In this document: piece by piece, positions 51,035-61,990 of the stretch
Layout: every line of letters begins with the position of its first letter
Numbering within the stretch: the stretch's first letter is position 1
Assembly: GCA_050575255.1 (NCBI GenBank)
Contig: JBNZDD010013689.1
Coordinates: forward strand, 4,857,175 to 4,921,174
DNA: 64,000 nucleotides
DNA from: Harriotta raleighana
Lineage: Eukaryota
Direction of reading: 5' to 3'
Notes under the pieces: generated by a model
What the model was told of the DNA's origin: nothing
Databases searched by the model: none
The model's input: the letters and a program-made list of their open reading frames with translations, nothing else
Translations under genes and position numbers: made by a program

Positions 51035-51748
51035 GGATGCACACTCCATCATACCAAGCCTGTCAGGAACCTGGGCGTCCTGTTCGACCCTCAACTGTAC
51101 TTTCTCGCCTTCTACCACCTCTGCAGCATTGCCTGACTCCACCACTGCCTCAACACTCAGGCCACTGAAACCTTCATACATGTATTTGTCATTTTAAGGC
51201 TCGCATATGGAAAATCCCTCCTTGTTGGCCTCCCCAACCCTTCCTTCTACAATCTGCAGGTCATTCAAAACTCTGTAACTTGTAACCTCTTTCGTACCAA
51301 GCTCTGTGACTCCCATCACCCTCGCCTGGCTCCACTGGCTCCCTGAATCCCTCAGAGAATAAAATTCAAAATCGTCATCCTCACTTTTAATGCCTTCCAT
51401 GGCCTTGCCCCTCTCCTACTTCTCTAACCTGCTGACCACCACCTATCAATCTGTCTGCTCCCTCCATTCAGCAGCCTGCTCCATGTCACCCGCCCTACCA
51501 TCAGCAGCCGAGTTTTCAGCCTCTCTGCCCCCACCCTTTGGAACACAATCCTACAATCCCTTTGCCTTGCTCCTTCCCTTGCCTCCTTCAAGCTTAAACT
51601 CAAGACTCTACTTTTCGACAATGCTTTTTCTCTGCCTTCCTACCTCCTACCCCTTATCCCAACCCTGCCCCCCTCCCCCATGCGCGGGTTCTGACCCCTG
51701 ACTGTTTAATACTTTGTCCTCCCGACATCAAATGTAATTTTATTGTTA
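51035..51748 (+). mobile_element. L2-clade LINE 3' fragment
   Basis: KPVRNLGVLFDPQL; LHWLP. Confidence 0.8.
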
Positions 51749-52634
51749 TCCCAAGTAATTTTTTTAGCGTGAAAAGCTAAGCCTCCAGTACAGACCTCTG
51801 GATATGCTGTTTGTCAGGTCCTGCCAATCAGAGAATGTTTCCTTTATCCCTACACTGTTTCCTGCATCCCAACCTATTACTAAGCCATATCATAAGGTTA
51901 TCTCTGATTCCATATGTTTTCATTTTTATTGATAACCTATTGTGCAGAACTTGATTAAGTGCCTTCAGAAAGTCCATATACATGACGTCTCTAAACACTT
52001 TCATATCCACCATATTCGTGAACTCAAAAAATTCAATTTGATTTATTAGCTATGACCTGCCCATTACAATTCCTTATTGACCCTCTTTGATTAGCTCATG
52101 CTCAGTCACTCTGTCCCTGATGAGAGATTCCAGTAACCTTACCAGGTCTGCAGTTACCTGGCTTTTCCCTTCTTAAATAATGGAGTGACATGTGCAATTT
52201 TCTAATCAAAGGACATAACTAAATATCGAGAGCTTTGGAAAATTTTGATAAACTGAAATGAGGCTGCCTGAAACTCATTTCAAAAAGGACACTTTCCTTT
52301 TCCCCATCCCCAAAAATATAAAGGAGAAAAACATGAGACATACATTTGATTGACCTGGATCCAAATGCAAATTCTGGAATTGAAGGGCTAGTGGGACAAG
52401 AACAATTCATAACTAAAATTTGTTTATTGTGTTTTTTGCTTTAGAAGCAATTGTCACAAAACCAACCAGCTTGAATTTGTATGTAGAATCCTCCTTCAGT
52501 GAACGTGTTTTGGGAGTTCTCCAAAGACCTTTTGTATAGAACAGTAAGGGGAAACACACTTTACATCTATACTGTACTTCTAATTTTCAGTTTTGCTGTC
52601 CTCATGTGAATAATCAGAAGAATTTGAAGCTTCC

Positions 52635-52646
52635 ATGTCTTTTCTG
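52635..52646 (+). CDS. STRADB: STRADB exon 2 coding part (MSFL); exon begins 52591
   Basis: ttttcag| acceptor at 52590, ATG TCT TTT CTG|gtaagt. Confidence 0.85.
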
Positions 52647-52931
52647 GTAAGTTGATAAATACCTAAACTAAAAATATCTTATTCTCATTAAAACTTTCTC
52701 CAAACTGCTCCTGCCTGTTCCAATAACATTCCAGAGTTTATACCTTATTACCGATTTACTACCAGTAAGAATAAGCTTTCACTATTCATCATCTCATCTA
52801 AATCTTTTCTATTCCAGTGAAAACAAATCTATTTTTTCAAAACTACCTTCTGTTGTTTCCATTGGATCTGATTGTACTTTAACTTTGTATTTTAAAAGAT
52901 TACTTTTCCATGTACCTTTTTCTGTTTCAAG

Positions 52932-53003
52932 GACTGTTACTGCCTTTCCCGGACGACAATACAATCAATTGACAATGTGGGCCAACCAGACCGTTTGCAT
53001 CTT
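52932..53003 (+). CDS. STRADB: STRADB exon 3 (DCYCLSRTTIQSIDNVGQPDRLHL)
   Basis: 72 nt, tttcaag|GAC...CTT|gtaagt; DCxCxSRT is STRADB-like. Confidence 0.88.
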
Positions 53004-53534
53004 GTAAGTTATAGTTTTGAAGTTAAACTACCATTGCTGTGCACAATTGGCTGCTGCGTTTAGTCCACAAAATATATAGTCAATTCACTTTACAGTATGT
53101 TCTTTGAGATACCTCAAAAAGTAATAAAGTACTATATCAAATGCAAGGATTATTATTATTCTAAAAGTGATTGTGCTGAAAGGGCACAGTTATTCATTTG
53201 AAATATCTCTGCTTGGTTGACTTCTTGTTTGCCCTATAAAGTTAATTGTGGAAACTTTCCTATAACAGGGCCAAGATCTCACTGGATCCCAAACCAACAG
53301 GCAGCAAAAGCAGCATGCTTAGATATTAATACAACCCATTGGAGTTGGTTACCAGACTGTCGGGGATCCAAAACACCCCGAGTGTATATCGCCCTGGCAC
53401 ATCTTTTTGACATGAAGGGCGCTGTGTGATTTTTGTTGTTGTTCACATACCAGTCTGCAAGCCTTCCTCCCACTCTTGTGATATATGGATATGATGAATG
53501 CTCCTCATTGAAAACCATGCACGATTCTTGATGC

Positions 53535-54440
53535 AAAAACAACGACAACAAAATTACACTTGTATAGCACCTTTCACATCGGGAGGATGTCCCAAGGCGT
53601 TGGACAATCAGTGTTTCAGACCTGAGTTGGGGAGCGGGTTTGGGGAGGGTGGAGGGAAAGGAGGGGATTTGGGGTGACCGATGGGACCGTCAAAGAGGTG
53701 GGCCTTGAAGGGATTGTGGGATGAAATTCCATAGGTTGGGGACAGAGTGGGTGAAGGCTCGCCCACTGAGGGTGGGTGGGTTGCATGATGTGGAGCAGAC
53801 AGGAGCTCACTAAACAGAGGGAGCAGGCAGCAGTAGGGATGTTAGGAGGTCGCAGTGGTAGGAAGGAATGAGGCCATGGAGAGCTTTGAAGGTGAGGAAA
53901 AGGATCTTGAACTGAATTCTTTGTGTGATGGGAAGCCAGTAGAGTTTTCAAGGAAGGGGATGATATGATCATGGAGCCTAGTGCGGGAGAGGACATGGAT
54001 GCAGAGTTCTGGATGATCTGCAGCCTGTAGAGGGAGGAGTTGAGGACGCTAACAGTTGAGGAGTTTGCATAGACAATCCTGGCTGTTATGAATACATGTA
54101 TGAGAGTTTTGGTGACCTGTAGTGTAAGACAGTGGCGGAGCTGGGCTATGTTGCGGAGGTTGGGGTAGGCAGAACAGGTCATGAAATGGATGTGGGGTAA
54201 AAAGGATGTTTCTTCCTTGATAGTCAAACGAGACACCAAGGTTCTGGACTAGCTTAGTGAGATGGAGTGTGCATCCATGGACAGTAATGCTGTCAGCACT
54301 TGAGATGTGGAGGCATTGACAGGAGCCAATCAGGTGGACCATGGTCTTGTTGATGTTCAACTGAAGAAATTAGCTCTCATCCAGGACTTGATGTCTGATA
54401 GACATTCTTTCAGTGGTGCTGCAATCAAGGGTGGAGGCTG
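53535..54440 (-). mobile_element. L2-clade LINE 3' fragment
   Basis: CLSDIKSWMRANF; LRNIAQLRHCLT...KTLIHVFITARI; LQIIQNSA. Confidence 0.82.
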
Positions 54441-54827
54441 AAAGATACTGAAGAGGGGTCGGGGGAAGGAAAGTAGGAAAAATTGACTGTATATTTGTGG
54501 GCGAAAACACGGCAGCAAATTGCGCACAACAGGGTCCCACAAAAGTCATGGAAGTGGGGTTAGGGGGGAAAGGGGAGAAAGATGGCAAGGGGAGGGGTCG
54601 GGGTAAGGGGAAGGAGAACAGGAGAAACTGACTATATTTGTGGGCGAAACTCCCACAAATAAACACCCAGTCCTCTAGTTTTGCTATTTTGGAATTAGCT
54701 AGTACCAAAGCAAGTGTTTAGTATTATTCATAGCAGACCAGCTGGAGGCGACGGTCCTTTTTTTCCTTTTGTTTGAAAATAGAATGAGGTGTGTAATTCA
54801 GTAAATTGACTTTTATCCCCTTCACAG

Positions 54828-54915
54828 AGTGATGAATTTTCGACTTATGCAGTCAGAGATGCAGAGGTGATATACACAGCTAGTGCCAGTCACTATGAGC
54901 TTCTTTCTGAACTAG
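54828..54915 (+). CDS. STRADB: STRADB exon 4 (SDEF...ASHYELLSEL)
   Basis: 88 nt, ttcacag|AGT...CTAG|gtaaat. Confidence 0.9.
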
Positions 54916-55087
54916 GTAAATATATTTTTCTGGTGAGCATGCGATAACAATGACATGGATCCTTTACATTTCAAAGTCTCTTTTCTCTGGAGAATCTGTC
55001 TAGTTGTAAATAATTTATTGCTGGCTTGATTGTGCATGAGTGTGTGGTGCGTGCATCTATGCATATATTTTACTATTTCTTTACTAG

Positions 55088-55209
55088 GGAAGACATTTTG
55101 TAACCGAACCAGAATGACCTTGGCTAGGCACATTCCATCTGGTAACATGGTGGTTGTTAAACAGACAAATATGGACACTTGTTCAGAAGAGAACCTGTCT
55201 TTTCTCCAG
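55088..55209 (+). CDS. STRADB: STRADB exon 5 (GKTFCNRTRMTLARHIPSGNMVVVKQTNMD...FLQ)
   Basis: 122 nt, actag|GG...CAG|gtcagt. Confidence 0.95.
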
Positions 55210-55527
55210 GTCAGTATAGAAAAAAAATCAGTCCGTTAAAGTAACATAATACTGCATTCATCTTAACAGTAATTTGTTTTGTCATCTTACTGATTTCCTC
55301 TCTGAAATGCTGGAGTATGGTTTCAGATTACTTTTCACTTCTTTACCCAAGCTATCCTTTGTTTTCAGAGCCTAAACAATGTGTGCTGGTAAGTTATTTT
55401 CTGAGTCAGAAGGTAGTGATTTCAAGCCCTACAACAGGATGTAGAAAGTGCAAATCCAAAGTAGTACTGGGGTGTGTTGCATCGTTGGAGGTGTCATCCT
55501 TTAAATAAGATGTTAAATTTAGAGTCC

Positions 55528-55810
55528 TGGAGTTCTGTAGCTCAATGTTTAGAGCACTCACCCTACAAGCGTGATACCTGTGTTCAAATCCAGAAAGTTT
55601 CCTTACGCCTAGTAATAATCATTGCAAAAAAACCACAATAATAAAATGGTCATTTCAAATCACGACTATTTGTGGGACACTGCTGTGCACAATTGGCTGC
55701 CCCGTTTCACCCACAAATATATAATCAATTCACTTTATACTATATTCTGTGAAGAGCTTTGAGACGTCTGGAAGACGTGAAATGCACTATATGCAAGGGT
55801 TATTATTATT
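55528..55810 (+). mobile_element. tRNA-derived SINE
   Basis: Same family. Confidence 0.88.
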
Positions 55811-56383
55811 AAACAGATTTAAAGATCCTATGACATTATTCACAAAGAGAAGCGCTCCTGGTGTTCTGGCCAACAATCCTCCCAAAATATTGGTTATTCT
55901 CTTCATGGCTGTTGATGGGATACTGACATGTATGAACTGACTTGATGTGTCTGCCCGGAAAATACTCAGTTGTTATAATCTGCGGTATATGCTGTGGAGT
56001 GCTTTTAGGTACAAACACAAAAGATGGTACAGAATATTGAATGTAAGATAGCATCACAGCCGAGCCCGGTCCGCTCTTTGTGCAACATCCACACATGCAT
56101 TTTCTGGAAAATCAGCTGGAAATCAGAGTAAGATACCCTGTCCCAGCTGCCATCAGCTATCTGATTCAAAGACAAAGATTTAATTTTGCAACCTTGTAGG
56201 TATGTAGGGTCTAGTGCTACAGTCTGCCTGGTATTGTTAAGTGATTATGATAGAGAAATTGCAATATAAAATCCATTAATTTGAGTTTATTTGGTATGTA
56301 TGGAAGACTTATTCTTTCAACAAGTATGGTCGCAATACCCCTGTGTAACACCAACTTGCAAGAATGTTCTGGTTTGGTTTCAG

Positions 56384-56492
56384 AATGAGCTATTGTTCTG
56401 GCGACTGTTCCGGCACCCTAACATCTTGCCACACAGAGCTGTGTTCACTGAGGGCAGTGAGCTGTGGGTAATCACACCATTCACAGCCTATG
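56384..56492 (+). CDS. STRADB: STRADB exon 6 (NELLFWRLFRHPNI...ELWVITPFTAY)
   Basis: 109 nt, tttcag|AAT...TATG|gtaag. Confidence 0.95.
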
Positions 56493-56884
56493 GTAAGAGA
56501 AGAGCTGCATCAGCACTTTCTGTAAGATTTCTGATAGTTTCATACTTTATGCAAAGCACTCACAGTGAACGGCTGTAGAAAATGCTGATTCAGATGAACA
56601 CCATTATCTCATTTCCGTGCCCCTCCTACTAATGGTGCCCTCTGTTTATAGATAGCCCTGGTGTCCTTTGGACCTGCACTGAGTGCATTCAGTGCGCTCA
56701 AAAAGTGGTCAACTTCCAAGTTGTCAGATTGTTGCTAGTACTTCCTGTGGGCTCTGTGACATGGACGGTGTCCAATGTTTTGGGCTTTGTTTCTAACATA
56801 ACCACTGAGATTAGACCCATAGGGAGGGCCACATTGTAATGAGGTTACCCTGAAGTTTGACCCTGTCTTTCGATCCTTGTGTAG

Positions 56885-57008
56885 GTTCTGCCAGGGGGCT
56901 CCTGAAGTCGTATTTTACTGAAGGCCTGAATGAAAGCCTTATCTCACATATACTTTATGGAGTCATAAAGGCACTGAATTACATTCACCAAATGCGATGT
57001 ATTCATAG
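56885..57008 (+). CDS. STRADB: STRADB exon 7 (GSARGLLKSYFTEGLNE...LNYIHQMRCIH)
   Basis: 124 nt, gtgtag|GT...AG|gtgagt. Confidence 0.95.
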
Positions 57009-57279
57009 GTGAGTGATAATATACCTAATATTTGTAAACTTTTTATTTTAAAAAGCCAGTTTCTCCCATCTTTGAATTTCTCTCCCTTATTCTAATGCAT
57101 TTTCAAGGCTCTATATTCTAGATACAGTCCAGTACTGTTTGGGAGACACTTTGGCTGCTGTTTTCCCACAGAACTATCACTACACTTTACAGTAAATACG
57201 CTATGCAGTGCTTTGGGATGTCCTCCTGATGTGAAAGACAATTTATCGAATGTAAGGGTTATTAAATGTGGAGACTTGT

Positions 57280-57557
57280 AGAGTTCTGTAGGTCAATAGT
57301 TAGAGCACTTGCTTTATAAGCGAGAGACCTGGGTTCAATTCAGGCAGGGCAAAACCTTGGGCAACTTTCCTTTCTCCACATGTATAATAATAATCCCTCA
57401 AAACGTGATAATAAATTGGTCATTTCAATCCGCGACTGTTTGTGGGACACTGCTACGCAATTGCCTGTGTCTTTTACCTACAAATAATATACAATCAATT
57501 CACTTTACAGAATATTCTGTAAAATGCTATATCAAATGCAAGAATTATTTATTATTA
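57280..57557 (+). mobile_element. tRNA-derived SINE
   Basis: Same family. Confidence 0.88.
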
Positions 57558-58132
57558 TGGAATATAGTACATAGGTAGTTCGGGACATATGAATATGCGA
57601 CTGCCAGCAAGTGGATGTCGAACTAGATGGACCTTGATCTGTTTTTGTCTAGCATTTCATATATTCTTATATTTTGTGGCCAAATGCGGCAGCCAATTGC
57701 ACACAGCAGTGTTCCACAAATGTCAGTCCCTTTCATCTGTCCTGTACAATTGGGAAATGCAAAAGGTAATTGATGGCAGTTGCAGTAAGTGAAGAATGTA
57801 CTCCCTAGGGTGCAATGTGGTACCCCATTTCCTTTGACTGCATTCACTGGAAGTGGCACCAGTGGTTAGTTTGAAATGCATAAACATAAATCTTGACCTG
57901 TCACTTATAAATGTAGTAACTACACTTTACAATAATTGTGTGAAGGATTTATTGAGATGACTTATGAGATGTTTTGAGGAATTGCACGGTTTGCTATTAT
58001 GACAGAAATTCTTGTGATGGATCAATAAAATGCCACACATCCACTGTGTGGAAATGAAATTGGGAAACAAATGTTTTTTGTTAATATCATGCATGTGATT
58101 TTACTCTGGCATCACAAAGGCAGAGTCATGTA

Positions 58133-58522
58133 CAGTAAAATCTTGTTCATCCGTGACCCGATCAACCGAATTGCTCGACCCCCTCCCGGGGCAATTCCCC
58201 ATTCCAGAATCGAGTTTGCTCACTTTACACATGTGTGCAATGCGTGCGCATGCGCACTTATTAAACTTACGCACTTTGTTTTTTTACTGATCAGTAAAAA
58301 ATGCTTTTTTACCAATCTTTTTACCGAGTGTAAGCTGGAATGCTTTATTGGTAAGTATCCATACAATATTCTGTTGCTATTTAGTCGATCATTAACATGG
58401 AACGTTTTAAAATAAGTTAATTTTTTATGTTGGGTTTTCGGTAACTTGTCCCCCGTTTATCCGGCACCGTCAATTAGTCGACCCCCTCCCCCCGAGCATG
58501 CTGGATAAACAAGGTTTTACTG
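58133..58522 (+). mobile_element. Tigger-like MITE, copy 2
   Basis: TA-CAGTAAAATCTTGTTCATCC...GGATAAACAAGGTTTTACTG-TA. Confidence 0.9.
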
Positions 58523-58818
58523 TACATAGATTAGACAGATAAACCTACACAGACACACAAACTGAGGCAGAGAGAAACATGCACACCCATGCACATATGG
58601 TATACGCAACTGTCTTCATTCTCATGTGGGGCCAGTTACAATTAGTGAGTACAGTATATTTATTTAGTGAGGGTAATTAGTGTCTCTCTGCTTTAGTCTG
58701 TCTCTGGGCGTCGCCAATGGGATCACCTTGCATTACCTATTTTCATTACTCAAGCTAAAATAAGAGTTTAATCATATGTCTGACAAGTGACTTTCTCCTC
58801 TAAATTCCTTTTCAATAG

Positions 58819-58990
58819 AAGTGTGACACCCAGCAACATTCTGATTTCTGGGGATGGACATGTTTATCTCTCTGGGCTGCATGGTCTGTGCAGCATGATC
58901 ACCGAGGGGCGCAGATCAAAGGTTGTTCACAATTTTCCAGAGTTCGGTGCTTCCATTTTGCCATGGCTGAGCCCTGAAGTTCTTCAACAG
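58819..58990 (+). CDS. STRADB: STRADB exon 8 ([22 protein letters not shown]...[10 protein letters not shown])
   Basis: 172 nt, caatag|A...CAG|gtaaat. Confidence 0.96.
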
Positions 58991-59509
58991 GTAAATTTCA
59001 GCTCCTTGCGAATTGTTTCAACATGGAACATTGTTGTTGAGCTACTGAGATCTTGGAATTTTTGTGTTTCAGTGTCACAAATTTCGAGATTCATTAGTTG
59101 CCCACCCAGTGTTATAGCGAGGAGTGTTTCTCTGCATTTACACTGATCAACTAGGACACTGCTGTGCGCAATTTGGCTGCCGAGTTTCGCCCACAAATAT
59201 ACGATCGTTTTTTCCTGCTCTCCTTCCTCCTACCCCGACCCCTCCACTTGCCATCTTTCCCCCCTTTCTCCCCTGACTCCACTTCCATGACTGTGGGACA
59301 CTGCTGTGCGCAATTTGGCTGCTGCATTTCACCCACAAATATTTAGTCAATTTTCCTATTTTCCTTCCCCCGAACCCTCTCCCCCCTCCCCGCTCTGATC
59401 CCTGCTTGACTATTCAGCGCCTTGGGACATCCTTCCGCTATATAAATATAATTATTGATTGATTGATCAGTCTGTCAGGGACTGGATATGAAATTAAAAT
59501 GACCAAAAC

Positions 59510-59735
59510 AACCAAGGGACAGTTTGTGAGGTTTATATACAAAAGGTTATTAAGAAATGGAATGCTCTATCAAAATTGGTGTTTGAAGTAACATCCATAG
59601 TAGCTTTTAAAAGGGAATTAAACAAATATTGGCAACATAAAGATGTAGAGTATTGAAACAGTGATAAGAGGGGAGTTAAATGAATAACTTTCAGATGCAC
59701 GATGGGCTAAATGACCTCCTCCTATGTGGTACAAT
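59510..59735 (+). mobile_element. Decayed CR1 3' end
   Basis: WNAL...AFKRELNKY peptide and GATGGGCTAAATGACCTCCT tail. Confidence 0.6.
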
Positions 59736-59793
59736 CCTGAAGCAATCCTTACCTCCTTTAGCTTTTAAAATGACATCTTTCCCTCCACACTAG

Positions 59794-59898
59794 GATTTGC
59801 ATGGGTATGATGTGAAGTCTGATATCTACAGCCTTGGGATCACGGCATGCGAGTTGGCTAGAGGCCAGGTCCCCTTTCAGGGTATGCGTCCTACCCAG
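59794..59898 (+). CDS. STRADB: STRADB exon 9 ([35 protein letters not shown])
   Basis: 105 nt, actag|GAT...CAG|gtaatc. Confidence 0.96.
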
Positions 59899-60077
59899 GT
59901 AATCTCCTTTAACCCAAACTTCCGCACATTCTATGTACATAGTAACTGTATGGTGCTTTGATCCTATTACACAATAACGGTGCTAATAAAATGCAAAAAA
60001 TACATAAGTGCAGCATTTCTAGTTAAAGTGAAGTGAAGGTCTAGAGCAGATTGTTTAATCCTTCCATTATTTCCCAG

Positions 60078-60316
60078 ATGCTTCTCCAGAAGTTGAAGGG
60101 CTCCTTGTGCATGTTGGACCTGACTTTTCCTCCAAGGGAATTCAGGATGAAGAACTCCTGCTCCGGCGTGGACTCTGGCATTGATGAGAGTGTTGCCACC
60201 AGCAGCATGATGAGGACAAACACCGGTCAACAATCCCAGAGTGCCGTGGGCAGAAACCTCTCGGCAAACTTTCACAGCTTTGTAGAGCAGTGTCTGCAGA
60301 GACATCCGGAAAATCG
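60078..60316 (+). CDS. STRADB: STRADB exon 10 (MLLQKLKG...SGVDSGI...FVEQCLQRHPEN)
   Basis: 239 nt, ttcccag|ATG...CG|gtgggt. Confidence 0.95.
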
Positions 60317-60454
60317 GTGGGTCCGGGGTCTTTCTTGTTGTTTTACAATCCATCGGCTTATTTGTGTTAAGAGAAAGTCTCTGTTGTTACTGTGATCCCC
60401 ACCCGTCTGCTGGAGGAGCCACGTGGCATCCTTCTCCCCAATTTGTAAAGATGA

Positions 60455-60966
60455 GAGTTCTGTAGCCTAGGGGTTAGTGTACTCGCCTCACAAGCAAGAG
60501 GACCCGGTATTGATTCGATTCCCAGGAGGGGCAAAACCTAAGGCAAGTTTCCTTACTCCACATACACACTTCTCTGTTTACCAGCAGTAAGTACAACAAC
60601 AACAAACAACAACAAAATTACATTTAGAGAGCGCCTTTCACGTCGGGACGACGTCCCTAGGTGCTGAACAGTTAGGGACTCACTTATTAGTCAATCAGCA
60701 GATTACTTTCTGTGAGTAATAATCACTTAAAAAAATAATGATTTGATAATTCAATCCACAACTGTTGGTGGGTCTCTATAGGCTGCCACATTTCGCCCAT
60801 AAAACATAGTCACTTCAATCTCTGAAGGTTGTGCGTATATATTTTTTATATATATATATATATAATATGTATATGTATATATATATATATAAAAACTCTG
60901 AAGCGCTTTTAAGACGTCCCAATGACCTGATAAGGCACTTTATCAAATGCAAGGGTTATTATTTTA
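60455..60966 (+). mobile_element. Long-form SINE with inserted L2 tail and (TA)n tract
   Basis: Same head and tail; L2 3' tail inserted about 60594-60669; TA-rich tract 60835-60890. Confidence 0.75.
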
Positions 60967-61228
60967 TTAAATATCTACAAGTAGGTACTATCCTTGAGCA
61001 GAAAATGCTCCACAGGACATTGTTCTTTTCAGTATGTACAAGTTGATTTCATGTGATAACCTGAATCTTTATTCTGAATCTGTCACCGGTGCTGTTAGTT
61101 TATTGCACAAGCTAATCACTGCTTTTCACAAAAATATCCCTTCACTGCTGATTGGTTATTGGTGTTTTTATAGATATACAAACTGTAAATATCTGATGTG
61201 AAATTTTCAATCTTCTCTTCAATTCTAG

Positions 61229-61271
61229 ACCATCAGCGAGGACATTGTTAACTCATTCATTCTTCAAACAG
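61229..61271 (+). CDS. STRADB: STRADB exon 11 (RPSARTLLTHSFFKQ)
   Basis: 43 nt, ttctag|A...CAG|gtgggt. Confidence 0.95.
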
Positions 61272-61840
61272 GTGGGTGTTTTATCCCTGGCTTTTATTCA
61301 GGGTACAGACCTCAATACATATGTCTAAACATACGTTAGTGTTTTGCAAAGTAATGTGCAAGCTACACTGGAATTGTACCTGAGGTTGGAAGCGCCCCAT
61401 TGCATCACCTAGTCAGAACAACAACAACAAAATTACATTTATGGAGTGCCTTTCTCTGGGAGTGGATGTCTCAAGGCACTGAAACAATATTGCCATTACT
61501 GTTAAACACCATTCAGGCACCTCCTGTTGAGGTATAATCATTTTTGGTTTTGAACCAGTGATTCCAGTATTGCACATAGAATATAGAAACCAAGTCAAAG
61601 CAGTCCCACCAACAGCAAAAATATTCCTTGATTTCCTCTTAACAAGTTATTGCAGGACCTCATTTGGTTCCAATGGGGGTGTAAATGATGTGATATAAGC
61701 GGCATATTCAGTTTAGTAGGATAGACCATCTGTGCGGGTGATTCAGACCATCTGAGGGTAAATAACGTTTGAGAAGAGATTTAAGAGAGGGTTGCTGAAC
61801 CTTGCTCTTAGATGATTACCATGCTTTAATTTTTCTGCAG

Positions 61841-61990
61841 GTGAAAAAACAGACCAGAGCAATGCTGCTGAATCTCCTTCTACCAGCGATGCCGCTGTCC
61901 AGTACTCAAGCTATGACAGAGACGTCACAGCAACACGGATTCACTCCCATCTATCCCATACAGGAACTGGATGTTGACTGGGACTTTTAA
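61841..61990 (+). CDS. STRADB: STRADB last exon (VKKQ...ELDVDWDF*)
   Basis: 150 nt, ttctgcag|GTG...TGG GAC TTT TAA. Confidence 0.94.
   Translation: MKKQTRAMLLNLLLPAMPLSSTQAMTETSQQHGFTPIYPIQELDVDWDF

Larger units (their letters stand above)
50010..52215 (-). mobile_element. Decayed CR1 RT, split by SINE and L2 insertions
   Basis: DVMYMDFLKALNQVLHNRL..KMKTYGI (51828-52013) continues as SKFVEETKLG...KLQRDLDIL (50482-50600). Confidence 0.75.
52635..61990 (+). other. STRADB: STRADB coding span (11 coding exons, 1236 nt, 411 aa)
   Basis: Pseudokinase with HRS for HRD and GLH for [16 protein letters not shown], MKNSxSGVDSGI insert, terminal WDF; next to TRAK2. Confidence 0.93.

Noticed and set aside
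53616-54239. 207-aa ORF as a novel gene (likewise 30095-30670, 24202-24534, 40541-40903)
   Set aside because: Frameshifted L2 reverse transcriptase remnants or their alternative frames.
52635-61990. Calling the kinase-like gene STRADA or an active STE20 kinase
   Set aside because: It lacks the catalytic Asp and DFG. The DCxCxSRT exon, the MKNSxSGVDSGI insert and adjacency to TRAK2 favour STRADB despite the MSFL start.
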